Below are positions 62,230 to 64,000 of a stretch of 64,000 nt of DNA, one piece after another. The stretch covers positions 10,602,001 through 10,666,000 of the forward strand of contig CP158635.1 in the NCBI GenBank assembly GCA_050273025.1. The letters run 5' to 3'. Numbering within the stretch: the first letter of the stretch is position 1; each line of letters begins with the position of its first letter. A model generated the notes under the pieces. It made no database searches. It had not been told where the DNA came from and saw nothing but the letters and a program-made list of their open reading frames with translations. Position numbers and translations under genes: made by a program. This DNA is from Cenococcum geophilum. Lineage: Eukaryota.

Positions 62230-64000
62230 TATTAGTATAATATTCGTTTCACGTGTTACGTGACCTACGCGAGACGCGTATATGTATTAACACTGCATTA
62301 GAGTAGAACCTTAAGAATCCAACTACACATCGCACTGCACGTATATTACGTCTATTGCATCGTGTTAAAGTATCCCGACACTAATTAGTGAGCGCGCACA
62401 GATTAGGAAACACGCAGATAGCTTGGAAGACAGTTATACTATCCACCTTGCAGCAGATTGGAAGATAGTTATACTTATCCACCTTTCGTATCAGCCTATT
62501 TTAGTTAAAGAGAAGAAGAGAAACTACCTAGGAGTACTTGTTTGGTATCCACGACGACTACTAGACTTCTCGTTCTATCTATTCCAGAGGACCACTGCGC
62601 AAAAACACCTACTTAAACCGCCCCCTTAACCGCCTCCTCAACTACCTCCTTAACCGCTCCCCTACCTTTACCCTATAAATACCCTTACCTTTACCTACCT
62701 AAATAATCTATAAACTACAAGATGTTAGGAACAGAGAAAGACTAGGAGGAAGAAGCAGCTAAATAGAAAGATAGAATTAACCTAACGGAAGCCTCTAAAG
62801 ACGAACTAACCAACTACTTATAATATAAGATGTACGTATACACAGAGATATATAACTAGCTAGACTTAACACTCTAGAAATTATTCTAGGGAGATTTTAA
62901 GGACTTTACGGTTAATATCTTCACGCAAATCCCCTTATACTAGCTTTAGCAGCTACACGATTGCCTAAATATTAGAGGAGTATAGGTTAATATTAACCAC
63001 AAATAAGGCAAAATACTCCCTTAGTCTTTATACGAAATAGTATAAGAAACAGACTAAACTAAATAGAGCAGAGAGATGATTAAATTAGCCAATAATAAGT
63101 ACAGACCGACGCTATTTAGATTAATTAAAGTATATATAATAAAGGGCACTTTAGAGGAGTAATAATAAGCTAAAGCTACCGCAACCTAACTAACTAGTAT
63201 ACTAACTACCTCTACCTCCACACTATCTGTTACGCCTTAATCTACAATAATAATATAGCAACTCTACGTATAACCTATAGACGAGGAGAACCGCCCTATT
63301 ACTACAACCGGCTATAAAAAGGAAATTATAAATGCAGCTAAGATATACATAGAGGAGTAGAAATACGGTGGAATAAACGAAAGCCTTAACTATAAATTAA
63401 CAATATTCTATAACATCTATAGTTAAGCGGATGTACCCCAAAAAGCCTACCTTAAGGCATTTCCTACTATGTTAAAAGGACTAGCTTTAGACCACTTCTA
63501 TATAAACTAACTATCCTACCTATTATTTACTAAAGCTTGCGAGTACCTTTGGAATTTCTTTAAAGGATTAGGATTTTAATGCAAGAACCTAAATAAGTGG
63601 AATACCGTTATACTTATAATAGTAATAGCAGGAAATATAGACAAGTCTATAAGCAAATGCCTCCAATTGCTAATTTATAGACTTTGTTAACTATAGCACG
63701 GCCTTAGATCCACCTTATAAACTATAAACTTCCTTTACAATAAAATCGTCACTTCTTGCTAGGGAATACTAGTATATAAATATGCAGTCTCTAACCTACT
63801 AGACAACTTTAGAGCCCTTATTAATAAACTTTAATCGTCTATTATAGTATATAAAAAAGAGTATATAGAGAAGATATAAGCTTTCTTTATAGACCAACAA
63901 TTCTATAAAAGAGACAATAACTATAACCGTAATAATTATAGCAACCGTAGCAACCGCCCGTATAACCACAACCAATAGAAACTACGTTACTTTATATGTA
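62230..64000 (+). mobile_element. 5' part of a RIP-mutated Copia (GalEa-like): LTR 62230-62380 and gag, running off the right edge
   Basis: The LTR ends CCCGACA and is followed by ctaattagtg. The gag region (K.Y.EE.KYGG, AFP.MLKG.AL..FY) resembles the gag at 38100-38300. Confidence 0.78.

Noticed and set aside
1..64000. tRNA, rRNA or telomeric repeats
   Set aside because: None recognised by eye; tRNAscan-SE/Rfam would be needed to exclude small RNAs.

Overview
Eukaryotic DNA from a filamentous ascomycete (Pezizomycotina; short GT-AG introns with CTRAY branch sites). About two thirds of the window (1-13.1 kb, 16.2-20.3 kb, 36-64 kb) is nested, RIP-degraded (TpA-rich, CpA/TpG-depleted) transposon DNA: Gypsy/chromovirus and Copia LTR elements, solo LTRs, a Tad1-like LINE, a Helitron fragment and two non-autonomous TIR elements, many with target-site duplications (TSDs) still readable. 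Seven intact host genes sit in GC-balanced islands: MTG1, MED20, a GH47 alpha-1,2-mannosidase, a PTH11-like rhodopsin-domain membrane protein, an INO80F/Nhp10-N-like coiled-coil protein and, most notably, a tail-to-tail pair at 20.8-24.1 kb encoding a fungal gasdermin (HET-Q1/RCD-1 family) and an intracellular ankyrin-repeat + S8 subtilisin protease, i.e. a candidate protease-activated pore-forming cell-death/immune module. Other highlights are a RIP-killed, intron-containing Zn2Cys6-like/coiled-coil gene carried antisense in the 3' region of a Gypsy element, a RIP-killed NLR-type repeat fragment, self-priming signatures in three Gypsy elements, and an unclassified 2.5-kb satellite-filled TA-TSD element. 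All family assignments come from motif recognition by eye; no database search was run, and the intron models are inferred.
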